From the NCBI GenBank assembly GCA_951406725.2, contig OX597837.1:1860001-1924000 (forward strand): a DNA stretch of 64,000 bases, in the 5' to 3' direction. The translations under genes were made by a program, and so were the position numbers. This DNA is from Octopus vulgaris. Taxonomy: Eukaryota. Of the stretch, positions 13,652 through 28,406 are shown in pieces; positions within the stretch are counted from its first letter, which is position 1, and the number at the start of each line of letters is the position of its first letter. A model generated the notes under the pieces. The model had not been told where the DNA came from and searched no databases. It was given only the letters and a program-made list of their open reading frames with translations.

Positions 13652-14907
13652 GGTGCTCTTGCTGTTGCTGTTGTTGCAGACGCCAAAGTTCGGTAGGTGA
13701 TGGGGTGTGGAGGCGGCTGTGTTTGAGTGAAGACATGTTATCTAATGCTTCAAGCAGGAGATGATGGGAGCGAGGAGGCGGTTGGAGGTGTGTGGCAGGC
13801 AGGCTCTATCGCTTCTAGTCTGCTGTTTTAATCCAATGTCCAACATTGAATATTTTCCAACACCAGCACCAGCACCACCGCCATCATCATCTCCATCGAC
13901 AGCGTCACCACCACGTCCACCAGCAACTGAAAACACCACCAACACCACCATCATCCATACCAATATCAAGTACAATTCCAACAACGTACCAAAAGCATCA
14001 ACTGCACCACCTCCTCCAACATCACCACCACCACTACCACCACTACCACCACTATCATCATCACTATCAACAACTCCATCACTATCTACACTGCAGCAAT
14101 AACACCAACATCATCACCAATAGCAGTTCCATCAACATCAACAACACCAAAAACGCCACCGCCATTAATTTCGTCACCACCTACCACACCCCCAAATCCT
14201 CCACCACCACCACCACAACAGCCGGTCGTTACTACCACCGCCACATACCATCGCTACCTAACCAGTCCCTATTATCAGCAGCGACACACACAAATTACTA
14301 ATGCCACCACCACCACACACCAAGTCGCTACTCACTCCTCACACCAACACCCAGTCATCCCAACCACGCTACCATCCACCCTCCCCCTCACCGCCACCTC
14401 TCTCTATCTCTTTTCATGTTTCCTATCAGTGGCGAAGCTTTTGAAGCCTCACGATTTAAATATATTGAATCACAGATGTTCGCTGGTCAGTGAATGGTCA
14501 GAAAATTTCACTAAGAATTTGCTAATATCTTAGGACAAGGTCAAGAACGAAGCCAGAATAGATATTTGCTCAGCACGGTTGATAAAGCCGGTCAGTCTTT
14601 TTGTGTATGGGAGATGGAAGTAGAAGGCAGCTGGTGAGGTTTTGCCATAATCAGGGGTGAATCTACAACGTTCCGTTAATGGTGTCCCGATCCTATTCAC
14701 TGCTAGAGATTCGTCTTAGCGTTTGTATTAGCAAAACTGAACGCGAGCGTGGTGTGTGTAGGACGGCGGTAGCCTAAGGGTGTGTGTATATATGTAGGTA
14801 GGTATGTATGTGCACGTTTGTTGTGCGTTTATTGTTTGAACATATGCATATACATGTAGGTGAATGTGAACCTCTCCTACACATACACCTACGCATGTGT
14901 CCGTGTC

Positions 14908-14976
<69 letters not shown>

Positions 14977-15404
14977 ACACGTGCGCGCACAATTATGTGC
15001 TGAAGTGATATATGCACGTATGTAATATTTACGTATACAAATATATAATTTATATATTATATATATACATACACGATACCTATTGTATTATGAAAGGATT
15101 ATCTATCATCTGTGGCTTGGAATGAACTTTTCACCTTGATGACGTATGCAGCCAGACGAACTGGTCGCGCTGCACCAAATAAGACGTCCGTTTGTAATCA
15201 TCGTTGTTATCTTAGAGCCAAACAATAATAGACAGCGGACATTGTTAGTACAATAGGGTGTTGAGCACTTTTAGGTCTTCGGACAAGGCATAAACATTAT
15301 ATATATATAGTTAAACATAAGGCGTGAGAGCGGGAGTAGAGACGTAAGTATGTAACTGTGCAAATACATTTTGTTTTCTCGCTGCATGTTACTTCAGTAA
15401 TAAG

Positions 15405-15607
15405 AAGGCCACGAGCTGACCAAACCGGTAGCGCGTCGTACAAAATGTTTAGCAGAACTTCGTCCGACTTTCTGTTCTGGGTTCAAATTCCATCGTGGTC
15501 GAATATCCCTTTCATCCCTTTTGGGGTCGATAAAATAAATACCAGTTGAGTTCTGGGAGTTCAAAATAATCGATTTTCCACCTCTTCCGAAATTATTGGT
15601 CTTGTGC

Positions 15608-15661
<54 letters not shown>

Positions 15662-16870
15662 GTTTCAACTTTTGACACAAGAGCAGTAATTTGGGGGCAA
15701 GGGATGAGTCAATTACATCGACCCCAGTGTTTCACTGGTACTTAATTTATCGATCCTGAAAAGATATGTGAACTCAGACCATCAATAATATTAAACCTTT
15801 CTACTATAGCCACAAGGCCTGAAATTTTGTGGGAGGGGGCTGGTTGATTGCTGGTTATCCGATGACAACAAAGTCTGTGTTCTCAGCTGGTTGATTAGAT
15901 CGACCCCGAAAAGATGAAGGGCAAAATCGACCTCAGCGGAATTTGAACTCAGAACGGAAAGACGGAAGAAATACCGTTAAAAATTTTATGTGGTGTGCTT
16001 ATAATGATTTCAAATTTTTGCCACAAGGGCAGCTTGGGGGAGGGGATTAAGTCGATTACATCGACCTCAGTGCGTAACTGGTACTTAATTTATCGACCCC
16101 GAAAGGATAAACGGCAAAGTTGACCTCGGCGGAATTTGAAGTCAGAACGTAAGGATAGACAAAATGCCGCCAAGCATTTTCCCAGCGCGCCAACGATTCT
16201 GCCAGCTCGCTGCCTTATGTGGTGTGCAAATAATAATAATAGGCATAAGTTTTCGGTTTAGGAGTACAGGCATTAGTTGATACAATCGGCCCCATTATTT
16301 AACTGGTCCTTAGTTTTATCTGCCCCCTAATAGATGTATGGTAAAGTTGACCTCGCCAGGATCTGAACCCAGAAGATGAAAACTCAGACCAAATACCACA
16401 AAGTATTTTCTGACGTATTTGTCAACTCGTTGTCTCTTTATAATCGATAAACGGTTTATGATTTTGGGGCGAGACCAGGTATTTTTTAAGGGGTGGGGAG
16501 AACAACATAGTATCGACCCCAATAAGAAAATAGTATTCTTATCAACACGGAATGGATAAAGGTAAAGTTGACTCCCGTTCGAACTCGGATAAGGAGCCTG
16601 AACAATTACCGGGAAGCATTCCGCCCGATTCTCTCAACATTCTGTCAACCCACAACCCTCTTATTTATTCAAGGCACAAATCAGAAATTCTGAGGCTGAG
16701 CTTTAGCTACTTACAACCGATTGCAATTGTAGACTTTATTTTCTCGATGCCAAAACGACGAAATGCAAAGATGATTGCAGTGGGGATTGAACTGGAACAT
16801 ATCCCACAATGTCTTTGTCCGATGGTCAGATTTCACCGACGTTACCTTTGCCTTTCAAACACATAAAGTA
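15405..16870. mobile_element. Cluster of tRNA-derived SINE family B copies (Nin-like core), both orientations
   Basis: Repeated ctttgcctttcatcctttcggggtcgataaa...agtacc core and its reverse complement, several separated by (TAA)n. Confidence 0.85.
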
Positions 16871-17479
16871 ATTCCCAAGTACTGGGGTTTATTTAATCGA
16901 CTGCTTCCCTCCCCCTAATATGCACTTTGTCTTGCACCCATGTGGAATACTTATTTCAAATATTTTGGTTATGTCTCAGATTGTCTTCCATAATCAAGCT
17001 TGTTTGAATCCTCACAATGTTAAATATTTCAGTTGTGTGTCAGATTGTTCGACAAGATGTTTGCCTCTCCTTGTTCAATCGGAAACATTGGAACTTTCCA
17101 AAGATTTTGCTTATTCTTCCATTTGTTTCCAAGATTAATATTGTTTAAAGCGCAACGCAAGAACACACATCGTAACAAACAGATTATTACATGCTTGTTG
17201 ATAATATTAAAAGACAATATGATTTGGTGCCAAGGATACTGCATCATATCAATATATGAATATTGGTAAACGATTCTTGTGAATTACATCAATCTTTGTG
17301 ACTTCAAAGGTGACGTATGGAACCGATCCAGGAGGGTGGAAAAATAAAGAAATTCCCCAGGCGGTATTCGAACTGGCAACTTATAGAGAAGTAGGAAGTT
17401 ACTTTAAAACAAATATTTCGATGCAGCCACCTTCTTCTAACTTAGTTCTAGGACTCAGAAGGCTGCATACCAGGATTCC

Positions 17480-17685
17480 ATGGTGTATAAACAACAGAGA
17501 CCATAACATTCCCCTTGAACAGGGCATCAGTCCATCGCAGAATTACTTCGTTGCTTATTGCTGCAGTCCACTTAGCCGTAAATAAGTGGTTTGTCCAAGA
17601 ACACTACGCACCACCCGGTCCGGGAATCGAAACTCCAATCTTGTGATAGAGAGTCCGACGCTTAAACCACTAAGCCACGCGCCTT
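17480..17685 (-). mobile_element. SINE family C fragment
   Basis: Reverse complement head aggcgcgtggcttagtggtttaagcgtcggactc...gtttcgattcccgg. Confidence 0.7.
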
Positions 17686-19207
17686 CAATCTAACCTGATA
17701 CAGGATCGATTTCCTAAAATTGTAATACTGTTGGGATTTATGGTACATTCTTCATTTTATCCTTCTTGAAAGGAAGAGAGATAAAGACGGCTCCAGTAAG
17801 ATTCGAACTCAGAACAAAGTAATAGATTGTTAAGTGTAATTTTAGGAAGGTTCACCACTCTTTGCTAAAATAGGATGAAAACGAAATCTTGTCATCCATT
17901 TGGTTATTGATGTAAGATGATCTTTCAATTAAATTTTATTGCAGATGTAAGCCTTGGCTTATTGAGATTAACTCCTGACTCCAAATGTTTTGGCTTTCTA
18001 GCTTCTTGCATTTATTGCTTTTCGGGGGTTTTGTGGTGGTGGTGGTGTTGGAGGGTGGTGGGACGTTATTTTGTGTTTTTGTTGTTCTTCATATACACAG
18101 GGCTTAGTTTTTTTTCTCTGTATTGAATATAGTTCTGTACACATGGATATATATATATATATATAGGCATCCTTCTAGATGAGGCGTATGTTTAGTAGAA
18201 CGAACAGGATAAATGAAACTCAATAAATGTGTGTGTGTGTGTGTGACTGTGTCCCCCACCACCACCACCACCAGTTGGCAACCAGTGTGGGTATGTTTAC
18301 TTCTCCGTCAATTAGCGGTGCGACATAAGAAACCCAATAAAATAACTACCAGGCTTTTAAAAAATTAGTACTAGGGGTCGACTCATTCGATTAAAATTCA
18401 AGGTGGTGCCCCAGCATGGCCGCAGTCTAATGACTAAAACGTTACATATGTATGTGTGTGTGTGTATTTGTGCGCATACATACACACATACAATTACATA
18501 TTTGTACATGTGTGTGTATGTGTGAGTGTGCGCAGTTGAGTATGCCATATACGTCCACCCTTTCTGTAATTCTCAGGTAGAATGAATGCAACCTGACCTA
18601 TCCAACAGGATTCTATACAATCTCCGTTGACCCGGTTTCACTCACGAAATAGGAGATAACTCGAGGTTCTAGAAATTACACTCGTCCAAAATACTATGCT
18701 GAGAAATCGAACCCTGAACCTCGTAGTTTTCAATCGGAATTCTTAACTATTCACCCACACTGCATTCACACCCACACACACACCTACACATACAGAACTG
18801 CGCGTGCGCGCGTGTGTGTGAGTGCACGTTTATAATTATGCGTTAGTGTGTACGGTGCAAATATTTTCTACTTCAGCGGTCATATTAACCCTTACAAGGT
18901 CAGTGAAAAATGGAAGTCAAATAGAAACATACAAACATATATACTCACACACATAATATATATACATGCACACACACACACACATACACACACACAAAGA
19001 ATGAAAGGATAAGATCTAAACACAAAAGAAGAAATAAGCGAAAATGGCGTTGACAGTTTTGTATGACATCCGCAATGTCGTTCATTAAAAGTAACATCTC
19101 TCTTTACTGTCTTTATTTATATCTCTTGGTCACACCACATTTTTTCTTTCCCTCAATGATTCTGTCTCTCAGAGACTTACACACACAAACACACACACAC
19201 ACACACA

Positions 19208-19246
<39 letters not shown>

Positions 19247-19762
19247 AAATACTTATGTACATGCATGCGTGCGTCCAAATATGTATCCATGTAACGTGCA
19301 CACAAACACTCGCCTGCGTGCACATACACCTAAACGCCAACTTCAATGAAATAGCACACAGCGCCTTATCCATTTAGCAACATTTTTTTTACAATTCAAA
19401 TAATCTCCCTTTTATCGTCACTCTCTCATCTCGACCATCACTCACACGTTACACTTTCTCTGCCAAATTTCTAACACGAACAAAGAAAGACATTTTCTTT
19501 CTCCCATTGTTTTATCCAAGCTTTTCTCTTTTGCATTAAACATTATCAATATTTTATTACTATTTCTTATGCATTCCTTACATATTATAACATATTTCTT
19601 TATTTTAGTTTAAAATAGCTTTTTTTCTATTTTTTCTTGCGTCGTATTAATTTGTAAAGTATTATTCCGATTGAAGTTATTTGAACGTTGTCAGGGCCCT
19701 GCTGCATTCTATCAATTCTAGGCAATACGATCTGTGGAACGCAACCCCTTCTTTCTGTAGGG

Positions 19763-20005
19763 CATTGGTTCTCAATCGGGTCCACGTGACCTTCAAGGTC
19801 CATAGAAGATTTTGTTAAAATTTATGAGCAATAAATTGCTTGTGCTTTTACAATTTACCAGATATTAAATTGTTTGGGGTTTTTTTTCATATAAAACTTG
19901 ATGTAATTTTAATTATAAAAATTTAATAGGAGATTTTAATCATCGAATCGCTATGGGGATCCAATAGAGGAAAATAAAAAATAGAAAAATGGTTAAGAAC
20001 CACTG
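19763..20005. mobile_element. hAT-type MITE
   Basis: Imperfect TIRs cattggttctcaatc / ggttaagaaccactg, with an 8-bp TSD-like pair ctgtaggg / ctgtcgag (6 of 8 match). Confidence 0.7.
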
Positions 20006-21470
20006 CTGTCGAGGGATATTGGAGGTTATAGGTAAGGATGACCTGGAATAGACTCTGAATTGTGACTTTGCGAGTCGAAACAATCACTTCTAAAGGAGTA
20101 CCAGATCGGAGATTGCGGATATTTCCTATAAGATTTTAGAATATCAGTCCGGGGAAAAAAGTAATGTAAATTGACTCCCCGGTATATTACTGTCATGAGT
20201 CCGAAGACTCAGAGTTGGTCACCTGGTTAATAATATTGGCCCTGGACGAGACGCCAGACCGTCGAAGAATTATTTATTTTGAAATGTGGAGATTGGAGCA
20301 ACGTGAAATGAAGTGTTTTGCACAAGAGCATAACATACTCCTTGGTCCTGGAATCGAAATTATGATCCTGCAATCGTGAGTGAACATTCTAACCACTTGG
20401 ACATGTATCTTCATCAATGTTTCAAGGATTGAACTCTTCCTGGTGCAATTTCTGCTTGATTGTCTAGAAGCTCAGATATTTCTGGTATTTTCATTGAACC
20501 AATACATACGCACACAAATGTATGTATATGTGGTTATATATACATATATGTATATGATTACACCAACACACAGACATATATACACACACACATACATACG
20601 CTTGTATACATGATTACATATATGTGTGTGTGTGCTACGCGTTATAATTTCCAATGCCTGCATACATATTCATTTGACTATAAATACGCGTGCGTGTATG
20701 CATATATCTATATATCACTTCGTAACTAAATATAACTGTGCGATAGAGAAGAAGACCAGCTGGTTTGAATTATGTAACGTCATATTTGCACACTAATCTG
20801 CATTTGTCTGTCAATATATGGAAACCAGGTTCTGGAAAATCTATTTTTCGAAACAGACAGATCGTAAGATCGACAGATGTGGGCACCCCTTAAAAATGAT
20901 TTGAACGAATTACTTGCAGGTGGTTGTTTGCTGTTTATGAATTCAACGAGAAATATTTCGCAATCGAATTATTAATGTAGGAATAATAACGTAAAAACCA
21001 GTTATCAAAACATCCACAACACACACATACACACACACTCGCCCATGCGCCTAGACGCATACGTATATTAAAAGCGGGGCTCGGCGCAACTGGAGTTTGA
21101 CGCTCGAATTTCCACGATCTTGCAATCTAAATGAAAGTGTGCACAGCGTGAAAATCGAGTAACGACTAAATCCACAGCTTAAATAAATATGCGAACAAAT
21201 TCTACACCATGTACTGCACAAACTATCTTCTTCCATTTACTATACACCCCCACACTATATGTGTGTGTATTGATATTTCGCTTAGGCTAGCGATACTAAC
21301 AACCAGGAGTTAAAACTCAATAGACGCATGTTATAGAAGAGTTAGTCAAGTACAGAGCAGTAATAAGGAATTAAATGGACGACAAGGGAACAAGAAATTA
21401 TGTTAGGAACTACTAGCTGCAGGATGCAATGTAATCAGGGGAGTGCTTGTGTAGAATTGCGTGCTTCCTT

Positions 21471-21551
<81 letters not shown>

Positions 21552-21554
<3 letters not shown>

Positions 21555-21680
21555 CTCAGGAGTGGCTGTGTGGTAAGAAGCTTGCTTCCCAACCGCATGG
21601 CTCCGGGTTCAATCCCATACCGTGGTACCTTGGACAAGTGACTTCTAGTATAACCCTGAGCCAACCAAAGCCTTGTCGTA

Positions 21681-21720
<40 letters not shown>

Positions 21721-21966
21721 ATATGTATGTATATTTGTGTTCCTATGTGTGTTTGTTTGTTCCGCACACCACCACTGCACCGTCGCTTGACAACCGATGC
21801 TGGTGTGTTTAAGTCACCTAACGTAGCGGTTCGACAAAAGTGACCGATAGAATAAGTGCTATGCATATAAAGAATCCTGGGGTTGATTCTTTCACTAAAA
21901 ACCCTTTATGGCAGTGCTCCAGCATGGCCGCAATCGAAAGACTGAAACATGTAAAAGAATAAAGAA
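21552..21966 (+). mobile_element. SINE family A
   Basis: Same head, internal TA/TG tract and tail as 8190-8599; lies next to (TA)n. Confidence 0.85.
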
Positions 21967-22104
21967 TACATACCTACTAAAATGTGTGTTTATATTCGAA
22001 TTTTCAAAAGAAAAACATTTATTGCTTTAAAATTTTTAAAAAGTAAAGAAGAGTTAAAACAAGTTGAAAACAAAATTACACTCCTGGCTGGTTTCATATT
22101 TCTT

Positions 22105-22334
22105 TCCTTATTGCCCACAAGGGGCTACACATAGAGGGGGCAAACAAATACAGACAAAGTGATTAAGTCGATTACATCGATCCCAGTGCGTAACTGGTAC
22201 TTAATTTATCGACCCCGAAAGGATGAAAGGCAAAGTCGACTTCGGCGGAATTTGAACTCAGAACGTAACGGCAGACGACATACCGATAAGCATTTCGCCC
22301 GGCGTGCTCACAATTCTACCAGCTCGCCGCCTTG
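22105..22334 (-). mobile_element. SINE family B
   Basis: Reverse complement aaggcggcgagctggtagaattgtgagcacgcc...ttctgagttcaaattccgccg plus the Nin-like core. Confidence 0.85.
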
Positions 22335-22683
22335 GTTGATTTCATATTAAGTCCTCATACGCGCACTCGCCTTATCTCTCACTCTCATCCTTTCACCCAC
22401 CGACACACTTCTATCTTGATCCGGCGCGTAGCGTTTATTTACTTATTCCATGCTTTGCACTCATCCTGTATCTCCTAGGTTAGCTCTCTCTCTCTACGAT
22501 ATTAGCCTGACCGATGATATTTTGCAGCCATTTCTAGCCACTGTATTGAGAGTCTCTTCTCAAACGTGAAGCACATGTTTTGGACTATAATTTTGTTTCG
22601 TTTTTACTTCTATTTTAGTAAAATGAATCATATTCTTTGTAAACTTTTATTTGTTACTTAATAGCTATTTTTCTTGTCCCCAG

Positions 22684-22813
22684 ATATTTGCAGGTCACGT
22701 GGTGCAGAATTCACGCCTGGACTGGAAGTACCTGCGTTCAAGATTAAGGAAAAAATGTGTCATCAAAAACCAGTTTAATATATCCTTCAAAATCTTCCGG
22801 AATAACATCGGTG
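22684..22813 (+). CDS. Internal exon B of the FAS1-domain protein
   Basis: tttttcttgtccccag acceptor and G|gtgagt donor. Phase 0 in (matches exon A), phase 1 out. Translates IFAGHVVQNSRLDWKYLRSRLRKKCVIKNQFNISFKIFRNNIG; AGHVV corresponds to the FAS1 [YF]H motif. Confidence 0.88.
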
Positions 22814-22844
22814 GTGAGTAAAGTTATTTCAACCTAATCTTAGG

Positions 22845-23139
22845 CGAAGGCGCATGGCTCAATGGTTAGAGCGTCGGGCTCACAATCATGAGGTAGTGAG
22901 TTTAATTCCCGATCCTGGCTGTGTGTTCACTCAGCTGTAGAAATCAGTTGCAACGTCACTGGTGTCAAGCTGTATCGGCCTTTGCCTTTCCCTTGGATAA
23001 GATTGGTGACGTGGCATGCATGAGCGACTGCTGGTCTTCCATAAACAACCCTGCTTGTACTTGTGTCTCGGAGGTAAACTTTCTAGGTACAATCCCATGG
23101 CCATTCATGACCGAAGGGACTTTTTACCCTTTACCCTTT
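22845..23139 (+). mobile_element. SINE family C
   Basis: aggcgcatggctcaatggttagagcgtcggg...gagtttaattccc head; tail shared with 4990-5298. Confidence 0.8.
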
Positions 23140-23204
23140 AAATCTTATGTATTATCATCGTCATTGATGTTATTGTTGCAGTGGTAGTTGTCTGCAGTGT
23201 TTTC

Positions 23205-24160
23205 GCTGTTATTGATTTTGTCCTCGGAGCGGCGAAACCGGCAGAATCGTTACCGCGCCACGCAAAATACTTCGCCACATTTCGTCCGTTTTTATGTTCT
23301 GAACTCAAATTCCACCTCGGACAGATTCCCTTTCATTCTTTTGGAGTCGACAAATTAAGTACTATTTGGTTACTGAGGTAGATACTCTCGACAACCCCCT
23401 CCTCCGAAAATTTCAGGCCCTGTGCCTCTAGCATAAGGGATTATTATTAAGGCGGTGAGCTAGCAGAATCGTTAGCACGCAGGGCGAAATTCTTAGCGGT
23501 ACTTCGTCCGTCCTTATGTTTTGAGTTCAAATTACTCCAATGTTGACTTTATCTTTCACCCTTTCGGGGCCGATAAAGCAAGCACCCGTTGAAGGCTGAT
23601 AGGTCGTTGTAATCGATTAACCCTCTCCCTTGAAGTTGCTGGCCTTGTGCTAAAATTTGAAGCCATTATTTTCATTATTAAGTTCAAATTTTGTCCATGT
23701 CGACTCTGCCTTTCATCCTTTTGGAATCAACGTAATCGACTTTCTCTTCCTTAATTGATGGTTTTGTCCCAAAATTCGCAACCACACTTGCTGTCCTCTT
23801 GGTTCTTATTGATCTTGTCTTCGTACTGCAGTTACCTCATTGTTTTCATTATAGTCGTTGATACGCATCTTAGACATCCCGCAGAGCACATCCAGTGCTC
23901 CACTCTTCTTACCATTCCGATCACATGACGTACATAGAACACCAGCAGTAAATAGTGGTTTCGAAGTTTGGCGCAAACCAGTAATTTCGGGGGAGGGTAT
24001 CAGTCGATTACATCGGCCCCAGTGTGCAACTGGTACTTATTTTATGAACTCCGAAAGAATGAAAAGCAAAGTCAAACCCGGTAGAATTTTACCGAAGAGC
24101 GTAAAATCGGAAGAAATGTCGCTGTACATTTTGTCCGCCACGGTAACGATTCTGCTAGTT
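23205..24160. mobile_element. Cluster of SINE family B copies
   Basis: Several + copies (e.g. 23449-23670) and one - copy (~23955-24160) with the same core. Confidence 0.8.
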
Positions 24161-24608
24161 CAAGTTGAACAGCGTCACCGAGTTGAAACAAATCGGCATT
24201 TCAGCACATTGACTATTTGCTAGTGTTATCTGTTCGGTCAAATACTGGCATATATATATATACATATATAAACCCACGCGCACGCATGCACACACACACA
24301 CACATACACACACACACACACACTCACACACACACTCACACACACACACACATATAATCGTATATACTATTGATTTGTAATTGAAAAATCCATGGACCTA
24401 AGTGTAGGAAGTATCTAGCTTAGCACACCTCGTTGAGTAATAAATCAGATCTGCTAGCTAGGAAACATAGATAGCCTGGATTTCGCCTATTACACTCCTT
24501 CAAGTTGAACATATATTAGATGAAATTTATAGAAAAACAACAGAACGAAGTCAGGTGTATGAGCAACAATCAGGTGTAATAGTTTGACGCTCGGGAAAGA
24601 GAACAAGT

Positions 24609-24644
24609 CTTTTACGTTTCAAGCCTACGCTCTTTAACAGAAAG
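24609..24644 (-). ncRNA. Decayed minimal hammerhead motif in a short TA-flanked element (~24515-24712)
   Basis: Reverse complement cttt-CTGTTAA-agagcgtaggctt-GAAA-cg-TA-aaag. Stems I, II and III are present, but the CUGANGA box is mutated. Confidence 0.4.
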
Positions 24645-24716
24645 GAAAAAGAAAATTAGCAGAGATAATAAAAAGAAAACTTGTGGATTTAGCGGTCAAG
24701 CATGGCAACATATATA

Positions 24717-25119
24717 GGCGTAGGAGTAGCTGTGTTGCAAGTAGCTTGTTTACCAACCACATGGTTCCGGGTTCATTCGCACTGCGTGGCACTTTGGGCA
24801 AGTGTCTTCTACTATAGCCTTGGGTCGACCAAAGCCTTGTGAGTGAATTTGGTAGACGGAAACTGAAAGAAGCTTGTCGTATATATATGTATATGTGTGT
24901 GTATATGTTTGTGTGTCTGTGCTTCCCCACCCCAACATCGCTTGACAACCGATGCTAGTGTGTTTACGTCCCCGTAACTTAGCGGATCGGCAAAAGAGAA
25001 TGATAGAATAAGTTCTAGGCTTACAAAGAATAAGTCCTGAGGTCGATTTGCTCGACTAAAGGCAGTGCTCCAGCATGGCCACAGTCAAATGACTGAAACA
25101 AGTAAAAGAGTAAAAGAGA
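24717..25119 (+). mobile_element. Full-length SINE family A
   Basis: Closely similar to the reverse complement of 8190-8599. Confidence 0.9.
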
Positions 25120-25527
25120 ATATATATATATGACGAATTTCCACACTATTTGTGTTGATGAAATGGTACCAGCTGGTTGTTCGGGCCAACCCGATTTTAT
25201 TCGAGGAAATATAAAAGTTGTTCGAACTCAGAAACTCGTAATTGCGAAACGGACTCCTCAACCACACGACCACACCATCGACGCGTTCGTGTCATTACTA
25301 CGCAGGTTATATACTCTTTCTATATACATATCATTATCACCACCACCATCACCACCACCACCAATAGCAACATCAGCCTTCCATATATTTGTTTTATCCA
25401 TGATAATCGATGATCTGTAGGGAAATCCATCTCACTTTGATTATCTTTTTCTAAGATGGAGAACACAGAAGAGGTCGGGGTGGGGAGCGAACAAATACAG
25501 TAGACTGATATATAAAAAGAAGAGAAA

Positions 25528-25563
<36 letters not shown>

Positions 25564-27797
25564 TTGTGCGAGATAGGTGGGTAGATAGATAGGTAGATAA
25601 ACAGACAGACAGACAGAATGGTAATGCAAGACGGATTTTAATGGCGGATTTACAGTATACCGTGCTTGGAATTCAGTATTGAAGATTTGGAAGCCATATC
25701 TTGCTGAATACTAAACTACAGATTGCTTGCTTGTTTGTTTGTTTATCCCCCACCTCTCTCTCTCTCTCTCTCTCCCTCTCTCTCTCTCTCTTTCTTTCTC
25801 TCTCTCTCTCTCTTGTGTATGTACCAGTATGCATATATGGAGTGTGTCGAAGGTGTATGTAAGTGTACATATGTGGTTTGATGTGTTTATCTGAGTCAAA
25901 GACGTGATGTACATGGTACAGGTCATATAACAACATGTCAGTCTGTATGTGTGACCGTCAAAGAAGATCTATTGTAGGGACACACAGATTAACACTGTAT
26001 TTAGTTACGCTGGGTGTTCAAATCTGGCAGAGGTCGAATTCATCTTGTATCCTTCCGGTCTCCATAAAAGAGCCACCAGTTTTTATTATGAAAGCGATAT
26101 ATTTCATTGTTCTCCATCCGTAAATTTATAGCATTTTGTAAAACATTAAAAAAATAACTATTGCGCTGGATGGACGGGGGTTTGAACACCACAAGTTCCC
26201 TAAGTAAATTTTACCGTTTATTTCCAATTCCACGGGCGAATGTAATCGACAGTTCTTTCCACTAAATATGTGATCTTATCTCTATGTTAAAAATACTTAT
26301 CTGTTTCTAATTTTGGCACAGAGCCAGCAATTTTTAGGAGAAGCGAGTAGTTAATATCATTGACTCAAGTACTTGGCTGGTTCTTCATTGACCTTGGGGG
26401 AATGAATGGCAAATTTAAACTCCATCATTTGAACTCGGAATGAAAAACAACCGTGACCTTTTATCCAGTGCTGTAATGATTCTGGCACTCCGCCACTTCA
26501 TCCTAGAAATAATGTTTATCTTGAAAAAATGCTTTCTGACTATTCCCTCTTTCTCATATGTATTGAGGGGGGGGGGGCACACGCACGAATTTATTCCAAA
26601 GACGCCATTGATTATCATTAATTATTCATTAACAAAGACGTATGTCTGTAATTAAACATGGCTGCTGTTCCTGTTTTAGCCCCAGGCCAGCCACGAACGA
26701 GATGACCTATGATGAAAGCTCCTTCAGCCCTGACGCTCTCTTTAGTTTCTATAAAGAGGGTTTCATAGCATATTGTGTTAAATCCCAATTTAAGATAGCA
26801 GCATCTGAGTTGAAAGGAATCTGAGTGCTATTTCTAGGAGGTTGCGTAACATGCTAGAAATAGCATCCCCTAACTACCTCGAAGTGAACCTGCTCATTAT
26901 AGTTATTTAGCCATAGTTCAGTCACAATCAGATAGACCTATTACCAATGTAGTTGCAGCCATGTGCATACCGTCCTGTTTCTTAAAACCAGCAACTATAA
27001 TTTGGGGGACATTTATATGCTGTTTCTAGCAGCTAAAGCGACCACGTAGAGTTTCTCTCATAAACTGGTCATCGACCTGGTATCTATTTTTCTGACATTC
27101 GGCCAAACAGTGACACCAAATGACACTGACGCCACCATACGATGGGAAATATATTGAGAGCCAGACGACATTGATTATAAACAACATCCGGCCTTCTTTC
27201 TTTCTCCGTTCAACCCCGCACACACTTTCTGTCTTATTCTCTTATTCTTTTATTCTCTCCTGTTCTTTATTTCCTCATCTTCCTCTGTGTCTCTATTTTA
27301 TAACATTCTTTGAAAAGTTCTGGTAGGATGAGAGAAAGAGAAGTGGTGGTTTGATGAGTAGCGGTTACAAGTAGGAAGTACTGAAGGAGAAGGGAACAGA
27401 GAAAGAGGGGAGGAGAGAACGAGAAAGAGGGGCGAGAGAAAAAGAGCGCAGAGAGAGGAGAGAGATATATAAAGATGGAGGGAGAGAGAGAGACGAAGAG
27501 AGGGTGATGAGGGGAGGGGAGAGAATGGAAATAGAGAGAGAGATGAAGGCGTGATTGTTATGACACACTAGTTATGTCTGGAAAACAATTAACCAATGAC
27601 CAGCTCTCTCTGGTTATAACAGAGTCTAAAGAAAAACAAACAGCGCCAACATCCTGGTACGACCTTGTTACTCGTTGTAGAAGGAAATTTGGTTCGGAGA
27701 TTATTTCAATATATATATTGAAATAATTTTTGCAAACTTTCCTTCCTCCCCCATGCACTCACCATTCCTTCAGTACTTTGCTTGTTATAACCAAACA

Positions 27798-27922
27798 TGG
27801 CTCTGACGAAAGTAGCATTAATTGTTTTAGGTCGTTCAATTTGCCTCAGTTGATCAATAGACCAACTGAGTAAACCTATCAGTAGTGTACCTATAATGAC
27901 TACTGGAAACGGCTGTAAGCCA
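27798..27922 (+). ncRNA. Type I hammerhead ribozyme with long stem II
   Basis: tggct-CTGACGA-a-agtagcatta...taatgactact-g-GAAA-cggctg-TA-agcca. Stem I has 5 bp; internal hairpin ctcagttg/caactgag; GUA cleavage predicted after 27917. Confidence 0.75.
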
Positions 27923-28406
27923 GATTTGCTCCATTACAAGAAAAATGTGTAATGGCCATTATTTTTAACGTGTTTTATATATCGCTCAATGCACACACCA
28001 GTTGGTCTGGAGCCCATCCACGGATTTACTTTATAGAAGTGTCACGAACCATAACCTTGGACCCTGCCATAGGAATACTCGGCGTTCTTCACTAATCTGA
28101 ATAATTTTTTTAGCCTCGTGTACCAACTGAGAGTTTATGAAGTATTTTGCTAGGATTGATGATCCTTCACTATTAGCTATATATATATATATATGTGTGT
28201 GTGTGTATCTATTGTTGTGTCTGGGGAGACTCATCCTCTTCGAATGCCTTATTAATTAACAAATCCACTCAGGATTTTTTTCAAAGAAATTTCGTTGCTT
28301 CTTGCAACCTCTTCAATAGTTAACTCTATCCGTTATATACAGCCGTCTGGACTATGAAAGGTCTTTTTATATTTTTGTTGGTCGTTTCTATTCATACCGA
28401 TAGGTA

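Noticed and set aside
13742-14400. Pro/Thr/His-rich ORFs resembling mucin or extensin
   Set aside because: Degenerate (CAC/CAT/CAA)n low-complexity tract open in several frames, with no credible splice sites.
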